Below, one piece after another: positions 1 to 19,782 of a stretch of DNA of 64,000 bases. The position numbers and the translations under genes were made by a program. Origin of the DNA: the human T2T-CHM13v2.0 reference genome, Homo sapiens. The notes below the pieces were generated by a model that was given only the letters and a program-made list of their open reading frames with translations, ran no database searches and had not been told where the DNA came from. Each line of letters starts with the position of its first letter. Positions within the stretch are counted from its first letter, which is position 1. Location of the stretch: the NCBI RefSeq assembly GCF_009914755.1, contig NC_060925.1; one strand, 5' to 3'.

Positions 1-14
1 TATATATATATATG

Positions 15-3885
<3,871 letters not shown>

Positions 3886-4910
3886 CGTCCTTTGTCTTGA
3901 CGCTGTGAACACTCGACCAAGTGCTGCGTCTTATCTTTGGGCCGCATCTTGAACCCCGTCTTGCTTCCACTGCAGTTTACGGCGATGACTTCTGCCAACG
4001 CACCGGCTGCTGTGGGGCAGATTTGCTTTCGGGCTCTCACTTGTAACAGTCACTTCCCGCGGCCCCCCTGCACCCATCACTAACCAGGAAACGTTATCGG
4101 GGTCCTCCCGACCTGCACATCTCAACACCCCTGAGGCCCCACCCGGCATCGTGCCAGTGTCCACAGGGAACTGCCTGGGGACTTCACTCCTCTCCAGGCC
4201 AAGGGCATCATGTGCAAGAGCTTTAGCTAAGTGGCAGGCTTCCCATTCTGCACCTTCTGCCCCCACCTAGGGGGCAAAGACGCCCCCCGAGTGAAATAAG
4301 GTAATGAAGGCACGCTCCTCCTAGAGCCTCCTGAGGGGCCACCACAGGCAATGCCTTTCCCACACGAGGTCCCCAAAGCAGAGCCCGTGGCTGACAGTGT
4401 CCCAGCGCCACCCCTGCTGCCACTCCTTCCCCCCACCACACACCAAGAGCACACACACGCACGCGGGGTTCTTCTGGGCCGATGCTTCCTGGGAGATCAC
4501 CAACCCCTACAGTCCCTCTGTAAAGGAGGAGCTTCCGAATTCTGGGACACTGGGCTCAGCTCCTTCTTTTAGAATGACCAGAGACAGGCTCATCCTCTGC
4601 CTATACCAAGTCCTTCCGGATGAGACTGCTGAAGCTGGACTCAGTCCTTGCAGAACGTGGCAAGTACTTCCCAGGTCTGGAACCCAGGAGGTCACAGTGG
4701 GCTGACATGAAGGGGCTGAGCTTACACCAATCAAGGGAGTGTGAGGATGTGCGTCACTCTCTGCTTTTCTTTCTCTTACTGAATATACAAGAACTTAAAA
4801 ATAAACAGTGCTAACTGAAGAGTAATTGTCAAAAACAGGATGTCAGGCTAAGCTTCATGGCACAGAGTTTAATGTGAATCATGAGATGAGACAAAAGCCT
4901 CCTCCAGGGC

Positions 4911-5160
4911 GATGGGAAGACCCAGCCCCAAACCAGACTCTTGAGCACGCAGCCCTAAACCAGACTCCGGGAAGGGGCTGCGTGGTCATGCACCGCCTAA
5001 GACTCAGAGGTGAAGATGGGAAGACCCAGCCCTAAACCAGACTCCTGGAAGGGGCTGCGTGGTCACGCATCGCCTAAGACTCAGAGGTGAAGATGGGAAG
5101 ACCCAGCCCTAAACCAGACTCTTGGAATAGGCTCTGTGGCCACCCATCGCCGTAAGGCTC
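4911..5160. repeat. 77-bp minisatellite, about 3 copies, SSU72 intron 2
   Basis: GATGGGAAGACCCAGCCC recurs at 4911, 5015 and 5092 (period 77 for the last two). Confidence 0.85.
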
Positions 5161-6042
5161 CGGGATGGAGACAGCATGGACAGGGACCTCGCACAAAGGC
5201 ATGTCGGGAGGGCCTCCTTTCCAAGGCACAGCCCCACCTGCTCCTTCTCAGCCCACGACGGGAGCAGAGCCATGTCGAAGCCGTGCCCCACACAGGGTGG
5301 ACAAGGACATGGCCTGACAGCTCCTCAGAAATCCTTAGAGATTTTTCCAAACGCAGGTTACCAGGGCTTCTGCAGAGAGAGGGGCAGCAGGACGTGCTGC
5401 TGACAGTCCCTGGGGACTTACACTGACTTGCAGTGAGAGCCCACATCTGCCACCAGGATGGCTCCCAGCACCACCGCGTCACAAGCACCACACTCTCCAC
5501 CGTGGGACGCCCAGATGGCTCGGCAGGCAGGCCGGGCTGGGGAGCTGACAGCAGACGCCTGGGACTCTGCCCAGCGTCCTCACCCACAACCTTTTAACTG
5601 TAACTGGCAGAGGAGACAGCAGGGAGGGCAGAAGGTACAGTGATGGCTAGGATGCAGTTCTAGGTTTTGCCAGACATACTTTCAGGGGCCACTCCTGGCT
5701 ACCTAATTAATCTACCTGTGTATAAGAATTTTTTAGCTTATTAAATATTCCAAGAGGCCAGGCATGGTGGCTCACGCCTGTAATCCCAACACTCTGAGAG
5801 GCCGAGGCAGCTGGATCACGAGGTCAAGAGTTCAAGACCAGTTTGGTCAAGATGGTGAAACCCCCGTCTCTACTAAAAATACAAAAATTAGCCAGGCATG
5901 ACAGCGGATGCCTGTAATCCCAGCTATTCGGGAGGCTGAGGCAGAGAATCGCTTGAACTTGGGAGGGGGAGGTTGCAGTGAGCTGAGATCAAGCCGCTAC
6001 ACTCCACCTTGGGCAACAGGGTGAGACTCTGACTCCATCTCA

Positions 6043-6507
<465 letters not shown>

Positions 6508-7276
6508 CTATTCTCTTTTCATTTGGAATACGTTTGGCCTGGCCTCCGTTCTGAAAACTACAAATCACTCACTATAACAAAATAAGATCCAGAAACTTTC
6601 CATTAGCGTGGGGGTGACCATGAAATGCCTGGTCAAAAACCCGGGCACTGATTGTCATAACCATTATGCAACTGGTGTTGCGTCCATCAGAATCTAGTTT
6701 AAGAATACTCTTCTCTCTATAGGAGTCTTCGCGGCAGACCTAGCCTGCTCTGTGTCCTCCTGAAATGAAGGAATGTTCTCTCCCATTATTTCTTCTAACA
6801 GCTTGGTTAGCAAGCTCCGCCCTCTTCTTTATCTGACCTTCTAACGACCTCACCAGATGTGTGAAGCAGCCCGGCTCCATGTGTATCAGGCACGCACGCA
6901 CACACGCACGCACACCAACCTGCAAAGGAAATAACGGGGCAGCCCTGCAGTGTGAAAAGCAATGGGATTTTGTGGGTTCCACCTCCTCACCTAAGCATCC
7001 CTGGTCTACGCTATGTCACGACCCTCTGCTGAACCACGTCAGGGTGAACCCCACACCGTGTCTGTGCGCCTCACCACGCCTACTGCCATGGGTGGCACTG
7101 GAACTAACCCGTGGACGATCCGACGTGCACCAGGAATAGAAACCAAGCTCTCGCAAAGACAGAGGAGCCAGTGTGTGCACTGCACAGGGTGACACGCCTC
7201 CTGTGCCCGAGCCACACGTAACACCTTCCAGGGAGGACCACACGGGGGGTTTTTAAAGGGCAACCCGCTGGGATAC

Positions 7277-7420
7277 AGTTCTTTGTCTTTCCTAAGAAGA
7301 TCATTGTACATCTGGTCATATGTGGTTTTGAAATCATAAACATTGGGCTTGTCGGGAGCTGGTCCTGGAAGCTTCACGTGAGTCCCTGTTCCAAAGGATC
7401 GGACGCTGAATCCCCGTTTG
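7277..7420 (-). CDS. SSU72: SSU72 coding exon 2 (144 nt); later exons lie left of the window
   Basis: Acceptor ...TTTTGTCTTTCAG|C, then KRGFSVRSFGTGTHVKLPGPAPDKPNVYDFKTTYDQMYNDLLRKDKE + CT|GTATCCCAG donor. The phase matches exon 1 (AG|C = Ser). Confidence 0.95.
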
Positions 7421-7689
7421 CTGAAAGACAAAAGGAGAGAAAGAATCACAGTCACACTAAGACACAAAATTCCAAAAGCAAGGGACAGCAAATGGGATAG
7501 AAACAAAATGAGTAATTTCATTGGCTCATAGTAGAGAATATGTCTTCAAATTTTTAATCTAGGCCGGGCATGGTGGCTCGCGCCTGTAATCCCAGCACTT
7601 TGGGAGGCCAAGGCAGGCGGATCATGAAGGCAGGCGGATCATGAAGGCAGGCGGATCATGAAGGCAGGAGATCAAGACCATCCTGGCTA

Positions 7690-7935
<246 letters not shown>

Positions 7936-8560
7936 TTAAGGCTTTACTTTAAACTGAAAGGACTGACTGATGTGGACTTGGGGAAGATTTCATCAGAACA
8001 TTTTGGCCATCGACCAACGTCCTGGCTTTGGAGGATCCAAGTTCACAGGATTCCTAAGGGACTCACAAAGGTCCAACTGCCCGCTCCACCACAGGAAACT
8101 CTGTCTCCCCCAGTTTCCCAACACCCCCACGATGTGGCTCCATGGGAACCGAGACCCAACACCCAAAGGAGTCCCACAGGCTCAGGGTTGCTGCAGGCAG
8201 AGAACAGATGCCGCGATGGGTCCGACGGTGCTTGTTCCTTGGACTTCCTAGTCACAGGTGAGGAAACTGACCAAATACTTTTCCTAATCAACTGGAGAAA
8301 AGAGCTGAACAGGAAACGTGTGTCATGTGCCACCAATGAGCTCTAGTTCACGCAAGGAGAAAGAGAGGTCGTCTCCAAACACTGATGGAGTGTGGTAAGA
8401 CCAGAAAATTCTTCTGTCATCGCTGACAAGCACACTTAAGTTTGTCACAACAAGTTACATGTAAAAAAGTTACTTTGGCACCGAGTGCGGTGGCTCACAC
8501 CTTCAATCCAGGCACTTTGGGAGGCCGAGACAAATGGATCACCTGAGGCTGGGAGTTTCA

Positions 8561-8833
<273 letters not shown>

Positions 8834-9168
8834 TTATAATTACCTAAAAAATATAGACTTCTCAACCTAGCTTTATTTATAAATCACAAAAGGTTTGCAT
8901 CTGAAGGAATCTGCCTGGCTCAGGGCGCAGGGCGCACATACACTTCCATTAACACTAAACTCCTCTTACAGGCCTGTCATTCTTGTTCAGAAAAGTGCTG
9001 CTGCTTCGCTCTTGAGCAAGAATGACACACAGACACGTGAGGAGTTCCATATTATTTTAAAAAAAGAAAAGTAAGGCCGGGTGCGGTGGCTCACGCCTGT
9101 AGTTCCAGCAATTTGGGAGGCCGAGGTGGGCAGATCATGAGGTCAGGAGATCAAGACCAGCCTGGCTA

Positions 9169-9453
<285 letters not shown>

Positions 9454-10274
9454 CTATGCGGATAATGGGGCAACACCCAGCAAGTGAAAACTACCTGTGC
9501 CTTTCTCACAGACACTGGCTTCTAGAAACCCGCCCTACGGACATACACGTGCCTCTGCAACATGGCTGCCTGCAGGATGCCCACTGCCGGCCTTCCACAG
9601 CCACAAAAGAACAGACAAGTAGAATAATCCATCCATGGGGCAGGACAGGCCATGCGGCTCCACGCGCACCTCCGAAGATGAGTAGAGGAAGCAAAAGAGC
9701 CCAAGGGCACCCTGCTGCGCCACCACACACGTCACCCACACACACAGAGAAGATGTGCTCATCTAGTGTACGTGAAACACCTGAGTCCCCTGAGGCTGAT
9801 GACAGCTGCGTCAGTCCTTACATCCCTAGATATTCCGAGCTACACAACCCGGCTCTCCAAACATCTACCACACACGGCCAGAAATGTGGCACAATAGCAG
9901 CGATTCATGACTACAAACCCGTGTTCACGGCACCCGGACTGTGAAATAAACGTGAAAATGCTAAAATTAAAATTCCTGACATTCAGTCATAACCACAGAT
10001 CCTGACGGAAACATGAGGTTAAAGCAATAAAGTCAACTGTTGGTTGTGACTGAGAGGGTGACGGAGGCCCAGACACAAGGCATACCACAGGGAGCACACG
10101 TGAGAAACAACAAGCCTAAAATGACTTCCTTACCAATTCAGACAACATACAATAAAATATGTTCCGTCAAAGCACAAACAAGGGCCGGACGCGGTGGCTC
10201 ACTTGAGGTCAGGAGTTCGACAACAGCCTGGCCAACATGGTGAAACCCTATCTCTACTAAAAATACAAAAATTA

Positions 10275-10542
<268 letters not shown>

Positions 10543-11318
10543 CTATTTAAAAACAAAATGCAGTTTGTTTTTCCCCCAACAAAAGGTTCACGAATGGCAA
10601 AAAGGCTATTTAGCAACAGAAGCAGTATTTCTCCCAAACTGATGCAACCGACAGGGCAGCCAGCTTGCGACTCAACAGCGTTTCTTACATAAAAGCAAGG
10701 ACAGCTTGGAAAACACTCCTGACACCAACAGGCTTCGCCTGAAGGGCCAACGCCTTTGTAAACTAATCTTCCAGACAAGTATTTGTCTGGTATGCCAAAC
10801 AACTGTCTTTACAAGTACCAAAAATCTATCAGAGGGCTTGTAATCCCAGCACTTTGGGAGACCAAGCAGGTGGATCACTTCAGCTCAGGAGTTTGAGACC
10901 AGCCTGGCCAACATGACAAAACCCCGTCTCTACTTTAAAAAAAAAATAAAAAAATAAAAAAAGCCAGGCGTGGTGGTGCGCGCCTGTAATCCCAGTTACT
11001 CCGGAGGCTGAGGCTGGAGAATCGCTTGAACCCGGGAGGTGGAGGTCGCAGTGGGCCCCGTGATGGTGCCACTGCACTCCCGCCTGGGTGACAAAGTGAG
11101 ACTCTGTCTCAAAAAAACTCCAAAAAACTATCATAAAGAAGCCATCAGGCGGGGCATGGTGGCTCACGCCTGTAATCCCAACACTTTGGGAGGCGGAGGA
11201 GGACGGATCACTTGAGGTCGGGAGTTTGAGACTAGCCTGACCAACATGGAGAAACCCCGTCTCTACTAAAAATACAAAACTAGCCAGGCGTGGTGGCTCA
11301 TGCCTGTAATCCCAGCTA

Positions 11319-11770
<452 letters not shown>

Positions 11771-12815
11771 TTAATCCTTGGAGCACCAAGCGCAGGAGGC
11801 TCTGTGGAAACGTACGGCGGAGTCTTCTGGCGCTGCCCTGAAACATGAGGACTCCCAGGACTCTGGTATTTGAAACAATTTAGTCTCTAACACCAAAGAT
11901 GATCACCCCAGAGAACGCTAACATGTCGACACTTACTATCACTTGGATTTATCAGGAAAATAGAGTCCACGCTGATTTTCAATAGGGTGAAATTGTTACT
12001 GTGTCTGTTTTTAGAGACAGAGACTTGGTTTGTCGTCCAGCCAGGAGTTCAGTGGCGCAGTCACAGCTCACAGTCATAGCTCACCACAGCCTCAACCTCT
12101 TGGGCTCAAGTGATCTTGCTGCCCCGTCTCCCAAGCAGCCAGAATGACAGGCATGTGCAACCACATGTGGCTAAGTTTTAAAATGTTTTGTAATGATAGC
12201 GGGTCTCACTGTGTTGCCCAGGGCTCAAACTCCTGGGCTCAAGCAATCCTCCTCCCTCAGCCTCCCAAAGTGCTGGACTATAGGCCGAAGAGCCACCTTG
12301 CCAGGCCCAAAATTTTTAAAAGGGGCGAGGTTCACTGATCAGCTAGCTACTGTGCCTGCTCAGTTAACTACAATTCCTTCTGACAATTTTATTTCAGCTT
12401 TCCTGTGCAGTTTTATGTAGCCCTACCCAACTGCATACAATTTTCCTGCTTTTTTCACTTACCATAAGCATTTCCTACGCTTTTCACATCATTTTTAACG
12501 CCTAAAAGACTCTCTAAATCTGACTTTCACAAGCTTTCCCAGTGTAACAGAAAAGCACTATCACACAGAGTTTCTGAGTATTAAAACTCTCTAAATAAAC
12601 CCAAATCAATAGACAAAGGACATAAACAGGTAATTTTCAAAAGCAAAAATGCTCTGGGTGCGGTGCCTCACACCTGTAATCCAAATGCTTTGGGGCGCTG
12701 AGGCAGGAGGATCGTTTTAGCCCAGATATTCAAGGGTGAAGTGGTGAGCTATGATCACGCCACTGCACTCCAGCCTTACTCTGGCTTGAAAAAAAAAACA
12801 AAAAAAAAAGGGAAA

Positions 12816-13179
12816 ATGACAACAGACATAAATTCCAACTTCAATAAGGCCAAGCTAGAAAACCGAGACATGGAAGAACACCCTGCCGACCAGAGGCCAG
12901 GAGAAGTGGAGTGAAATTTCCTAAGAGTCTGAAGGATTTCCTGCCCGTTACCCCCGAGACCCCAGTCATGACATGGAGGAAGAGCCACATGCAAGATGGA
13001 CACAAGCCACAAGCTGTGCTGTGAACCTGGGCACTCAGCGCCAATGCCACCAGTCTGTGAGTCTCTGCAGGGACCCCCCCCACCCCAAAATCGGACTGCC
13101 AAATTCTCCCGTTTGACTGGGGTATTATAGAAAATTATTTGTATGAATAATGAAAATAAGCCATCTCGTGGCAAAAAAA
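12816..13179 (+). pseudogene. Processed thymosin beta-10 (TMSB10) pseudogene, antisense within SSU72 intron 1
   Basis: Matches recalled TMSB10 mRNA: ATG 12816 ...CTTCAATAAGGCCAAGCT...GAAGAACACCCTGCCGACC...GGAGAAGTGGAGTGAAATTTCCTAA (stop 12922-12924). The 3' UTR follows (GGAGGAAGAGCCAC, GGACTGCCAAATTCTCC, TATTATAGAAAATTATTTGTATGAATAATGAAAATAA, CTCGTGGC), then a short A tail. Intronless, with frameshifts. Confidence 0.9.
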
Positions 13180-13639
13180 GGAAACTAATGATGTGAATAC
13201 TAACTATGGAGCAGACAACAGAACAAGAGCTTATCCCCGATGCATGCGTGAACACATGGAGACAGACGGACACCAAAATGGTACCTCTGAGAGACCACTT
13301 TCATTTTCTACAGTAAGAATTTCTGCAACAAGCAGGCTGGGCGTGGTGGCTCACGCCTGTAATCCCAGCACTTTGGGAGGCCAAGGCGGGCAGATCACGA
13401 GGTCAGGAGATCGAGACCACCCTGGCCAACACAGTCAAACCCCATCTCTACTAAAAATACAAAAAATTTGGCCGGGCGCGGTGGCTCACGCCTGTAATCC
13501 CAGCACTTTGGGAGGCCGAGGCGGGCGGATCACGAGGTCAGGAGATCGAGGCCATCTGGCCAACACGGTGAAACCCTGACTCTACTAAAAGCACCAAAAA
13601 TTAGCCGGGCGTGGTAGCGGGTGCCTGTAGTCCCAGTTA

Positions 13640-13853
<214 letters not shown>

Positions 13854-14713
13854 TCAACCTGGGATGCAGAGGTTGCAGTGAGCCAAGATCGTGTCATTGC
13901 ACTCCAGCCTGGGCGACAGAGGGAGACTCCGACTTCAACAAAAAAAAAAAAAAAGGAAATTGAAGGTCTATGTCTAAATTAACTTCATGATATCCATATT
14001 CATGATATCCATAATAGATGTCACCTTAAATTTACTTCCTTTTGACTCTCTTCTGAGTCTACTCTTTTATGAGTAAATTTGAATGATGGCGGCACAGGTA
14101 AAAGCACACCCAAGAATTCATTATTCAGAGGTGCTCTCCGCTCCTTTTCCAGAGACCACAGCTCTGCCAGCAACGGCCACTGGCCACTCTGAACTAAAAA
14201 GGACTTGGTCATCTTCAGTCATCGTCTCAGCGAGGTTATGACTGGCATGTCTTTAAAGTAGCCGCTAAACCTGATTTTATTAACAAGATAGCTAAATAAT
14301 TTTTTTTTTTGAGACAGAGTCTCGCTCTGTCACCCAGGCTGGAGTGCAGTGGCCGGATCTCAGCTCACTGCAAGCTCTGCTTCCTGCTTCCCGGGTTCAC
14401 GCCATTCTCCTGCCTCAGCCTCCTGAGCAGCTGGGACTACAGGCGCCCGTCACTATGCCGGGGTCATTTTTTTGTATTTTTTGTAGAGACGGGGTTTCAC
14501 CATGTTAGCCAAGATGGTCTCGATCTCCTGACCTCGTGATCCACCTGCCTCGGCCTCCCAAAGTGCTGGGATTACAGGCGTGAGCCACCGCGCCCAGCCC
14601 TAAATAGAATTTTTAAAACATTTCCTTTTGTTAAGATTTCTACTCCATCTTGCCAGGCGCAGTAGCTCACGCCTATAATCCCAGCACTTTGGGAGGCCCA
14701 CGCAGGCGGATCA

Positions 14714-15198
<485 letters not shown>

Positions 15199-15739
15199 TG
15201 ATCCGCCCATCTCGGCCTCCCAAGGTGCTAGGATTACAGGTGTGAGCCACTGCGCCCGGCCTACTCCATCTTTGTTATGCAGGTACAGCAGAAAATCTTG
15301 AACAAAGGATCACCAAGGAGAACCAGCAGAACCAGAAGGTCTCCAGCCCATTTGTTATTCCAATTAACAATAATTTTGTCTTGGGGGGGGGGGGGGTGAG
15401 CCTTGCATTGTTTTGCTTAAATGTATCAAATTTTTACAGGTAACTGCAGTTTATAAATGAAGATCCAGCACAATGTAATTCTAGCACATTTCTAGTTTTA
15501 AAAACAACCTTTGGCCGGATGCGGTGGCTGACGCCTGTAATCCCAGCACTTTGGGAGGCCGAGGCGGGCAGATCACCTGAGGTCAGGAGTTTGAGATTAG
15601 CCTGGCCAGCATGGTGAAGCTCCGTCTCTACTAAAAATACAAAAAAAGCCGGGCGCAGTGGCTCACGCCTGTAATCCCAGCACTTTGGGAGGCCGAGCGG
15701 GCAGATCACGAGGTCATAAGATCAAGACCATCCTGGCTA

Positions 15740-16132
<393 letters not shown>

Positions 16133-16599
16133 TTAAAAACGGAAAAAAAAGGGGGACTGTTAATTTTCCCAAGTTGCTCAGGAAAGTTATAGCTGGACTG
16201 CGAGAAGAGAAGCGAAACACTGTTTTCATTTAAAGTTCACGTAGGTAACTTTGGAGGTAAAAAAGCCATTTCAACTTTCTTACTATCAAAGTTGACACAT
16301 ACCAAATTTTAACTGTAAGTCAAGTGGTCAGTTTCTCAGTTTGCTATGTGACTGAACAAAAAACTTGTTATCAAGCAGGAATAAACTTTCATTAGACATA
16401 CGCTACGCAAGAGTCACAGGCGGCCAGTTAGCAGGGAATATAAACTAGCAGAGCCAAACCAAGTCCACGTTGTATTCCAGAAACTACCGGTTGGAGGCGT
16501 TCCAGGGAGGAAGAGAGGATCTTTCGCAAAAAAAAAAAAAGAAGAAGAAGTAGCAAACACACAAATCCATGGCATTAAAAAAAGAGACCGCTTTGTTAT

Positions 16600-17720
16600 T
16601 TACAACATCGTGGTATGCCGTGATTGTGTTGCGCGCCGTTTCCAGGGAAGGTGGCCAACGACGCACACGAAATACCATGATCGGCCGCCGCCGCGCAGCC
16701 CCTCGCCGCGGACGCTACCCTCGCCCCCCGGGCCCGGCCTCGGAGAGCTCGAAGGACCACCGGACAGCGGGCGCCTCGTCCCGGAACCTGCCTTCCCTGT
16801 GATGCCCACCCGCGTGTGGACTACGCGCGCTGCCGTCCAGCTGCCATCCCAACCAGCCGACCCACGAGCGCGGCCCGGCCCGGCTTCCTCTCAGGGGTCC
16901 TGGCGCGGGCCAGGGGGAACCGGGGAGGAGGGAGGGCCGGTCGCCGGAGCAGAGCGCGCGGGGACAGGGTGGAGCCCAACTACCTGAGGATGTTGTGCGC
17001 CTCCATGCTCCGGTTCTGGTTGCTCGAGCACACCACCGCCACCCGCAGCGGGGACGACGGCATGGCGGCGGCCGCAAATCCCGCGGCTCTCCCGCTTGGG
17101 TTCCCACCCTACCGCGGCGCTTCCGCGCGAACAAAATGGCGGCCGCGGTGGCCGGAAGCGGGCGACGCGAAACGACGGCGCCGGCGGTGTAGCGTGCGGC
17201 GACTGCGCGGCGGCCTCCCCGCCCACCCTGGGCGCCGGGCCGCGGACGGAGCGCAGGCACTGGCCTTCGGGCGCGCTGCACTCGGCGAGGCCGGGGGCGG
17301 CCAACGCCGCGCCGGCCCCCGGCGTCCGCAGCAGAGACCCGCACTCCACAAGGCCCGGCTGAGCGTCACGGCGCCAAGCGGCGGCGTCCTGACATCAGCA
17401 CCCCGCGCCGGCGCCTAGTGTGACGCGACGACGTGCGGAACAACAGGACGTCATAAGGTGTCGCCGCCGCCTTTGGGAGCGATGCGAAACGCCGCGCTTG
17501 CCGGAGATAGCATTGAGGGCCCTTCCGCGGCCCGGCGTTTCGTCTCTTGGGACGATTTTGTGCGTTCCCTCGGTCCCCGTGGGGCCCATAGTCCTCACTT
17601 CTGCCACCCCAGAGTCGTCGCGCTTCACTAGACCCGCTCCCTCCACTGTCCCGGAGGCCCACAGACATTCCCGCATTCTGAGGCTCGCTCCCGTCCCGTG
17701 CCGCTGTTACCGGCCTCCGG
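16600..17720. promoter_or_regulatory. CpG island / promoter and 5' UTR of SSU72
   Basis: Dense CpG around exon 1. YY1-type CAAAATGGCGGC (~17132), ETS CCGGAAG (~17152), CRE/ATF-like GTGACGC (~17420) and GACGTCA (~17447). Confidence 0.85.
16984..17063 (-). CDS. SSU72: SSU72 RNA polymerase II CTD phosphatase, coding exon 1
   Basis: Minus strand reads GCCGCC-ATG (17063) then MPSSPLRVAVVCSSNQNRSMEAHNIL + AG|GTAGTT donor. It contains the CX5R catalytic loop (CSSNQNR). Length 80 nt, phase 2. Confidence 0.97.
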
Positions 17721-18030
17721 CCCCGGCTCATACAAGCAGGAGCACATCGCTCTTTTATGAAAGCCCTTCAACATTTAACGTTTAAATGCGAGGGCCGACC
17801 TGTGACAGACCTGGTTGGGAGTGCACGTCGACTAGGATCTTCCTCGCCTCGGGCTTCCTTGGAGAGGCCGCCGGCTGGTCTGAGATTTGGGTCCAGTTAC
17901 AGTAAATCCAGTCAACGCGAGTGTGTCATTCCCCAGCTATGCCTGTCTGCCTGGATGCAGCCTCGCGGTGGACAGTGGGCTGATGTTTTGCCGTGGGAGC
18001 GCCACGGACGGGAGAGGGAGTGATAATGAT

Positions 18031-18742
<712 letters not shown>

Positions 18743-19782
18743 TTTTCCCCTTTTGATTGAGATCTTTCTCCAAATGCATCACTAATGAGTCATCCTGTAA
18801 TTAGGTTTTGATAGTCCCCGTGCTGGGATGAACTTGTCCCAGATAGCTGGTCTGGTCCCACACTGGAGAGAGTGGCTGCTGGGAGTCATTGTCAAAACCC
18901 TTTTTTACCATATTTGAGCATCAAAGGAGGTTTGAAGGGTGTGGCTCTCAGGCTAAGTCTAACCTGGAGTCCATTATTAACTTCAACTTTTGTCACTTCT
19001 GTAGTCTTTCTATCATCTCAAAGTGCTGTGTCAGCATTATTCTGTTAGAAATTGTACTTGTAGCCGGGCGCGGTGGCTCACGTCCGTAATCCCAGCACTT
19101 TGGGAGGCCGAGGCGGGTGGAACACGAGGTCAAGAGATCGAGACCATCCTGGCCGACATGGTGAAACCCTGTCTCCACTACAAATACAAAAGTTAGCCGG
19201 ATGTAGTGGTGCGCACTTGTAGTCCCAGCTACTCAGGAGGCTGAGGCAGGAGAATCACCTAAACCCAGGAGGCGGAGGTTGCTATGAGCTGAGATTGTGC
19301 CTATGCAGTTCACCCTGGCAACAGAGTGAGATTCCATCTCAAAAAAATAAAAAAAAAGAAATTGTCCTTTTGCAAAATATGGCAATGAATAAGTTTAAAA
19401 GGGGAAAATACAAGGTAAAATCAATAATAATATGACTATCCCAGTTTGCATATTGGTTTTGACCCATGAACCTAGGCTTAAAGGAAAGCAATTAAAAAGA
19501 AAAAAATTAGAAAACAAAAATAGAAAAATAGAGATTAAAGGAAGCCAATTGAATAAATAAAATGGCCATAGAAATTACACGAGACTTGTAACCATGTGCC
19601 TGTTTTCTTTCTGTGTGTAAATGGATCTCAGTGTTCCAGAGGAATTTACCCACATACAGCATATAGTATTGACATACTTATTTAATACCTTATTTAACCA
19701 ATAGGTACTAAAGATCTCTTAGGTCAGGTTTTTGTGAAGTTACCAGCAGAAGCTATTGATTGTGAAATGTCAGTTATACCAT

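Noticed and set aside
14020-14200. Possible cryptic minus-strand exon in SSU72 intron 1
   Set aside because: Weak splice signals and no recognisable protein similarity.
16569-17785. Multiple overlapping 120-210 aa ORFs at the SSU72 CpG island (likewise 57959-59500 at MIB2)
   Set aside because: Stop-codon depletion in CpG islands. Only the spliced SSU72 and MIB2 frames match known proteins.
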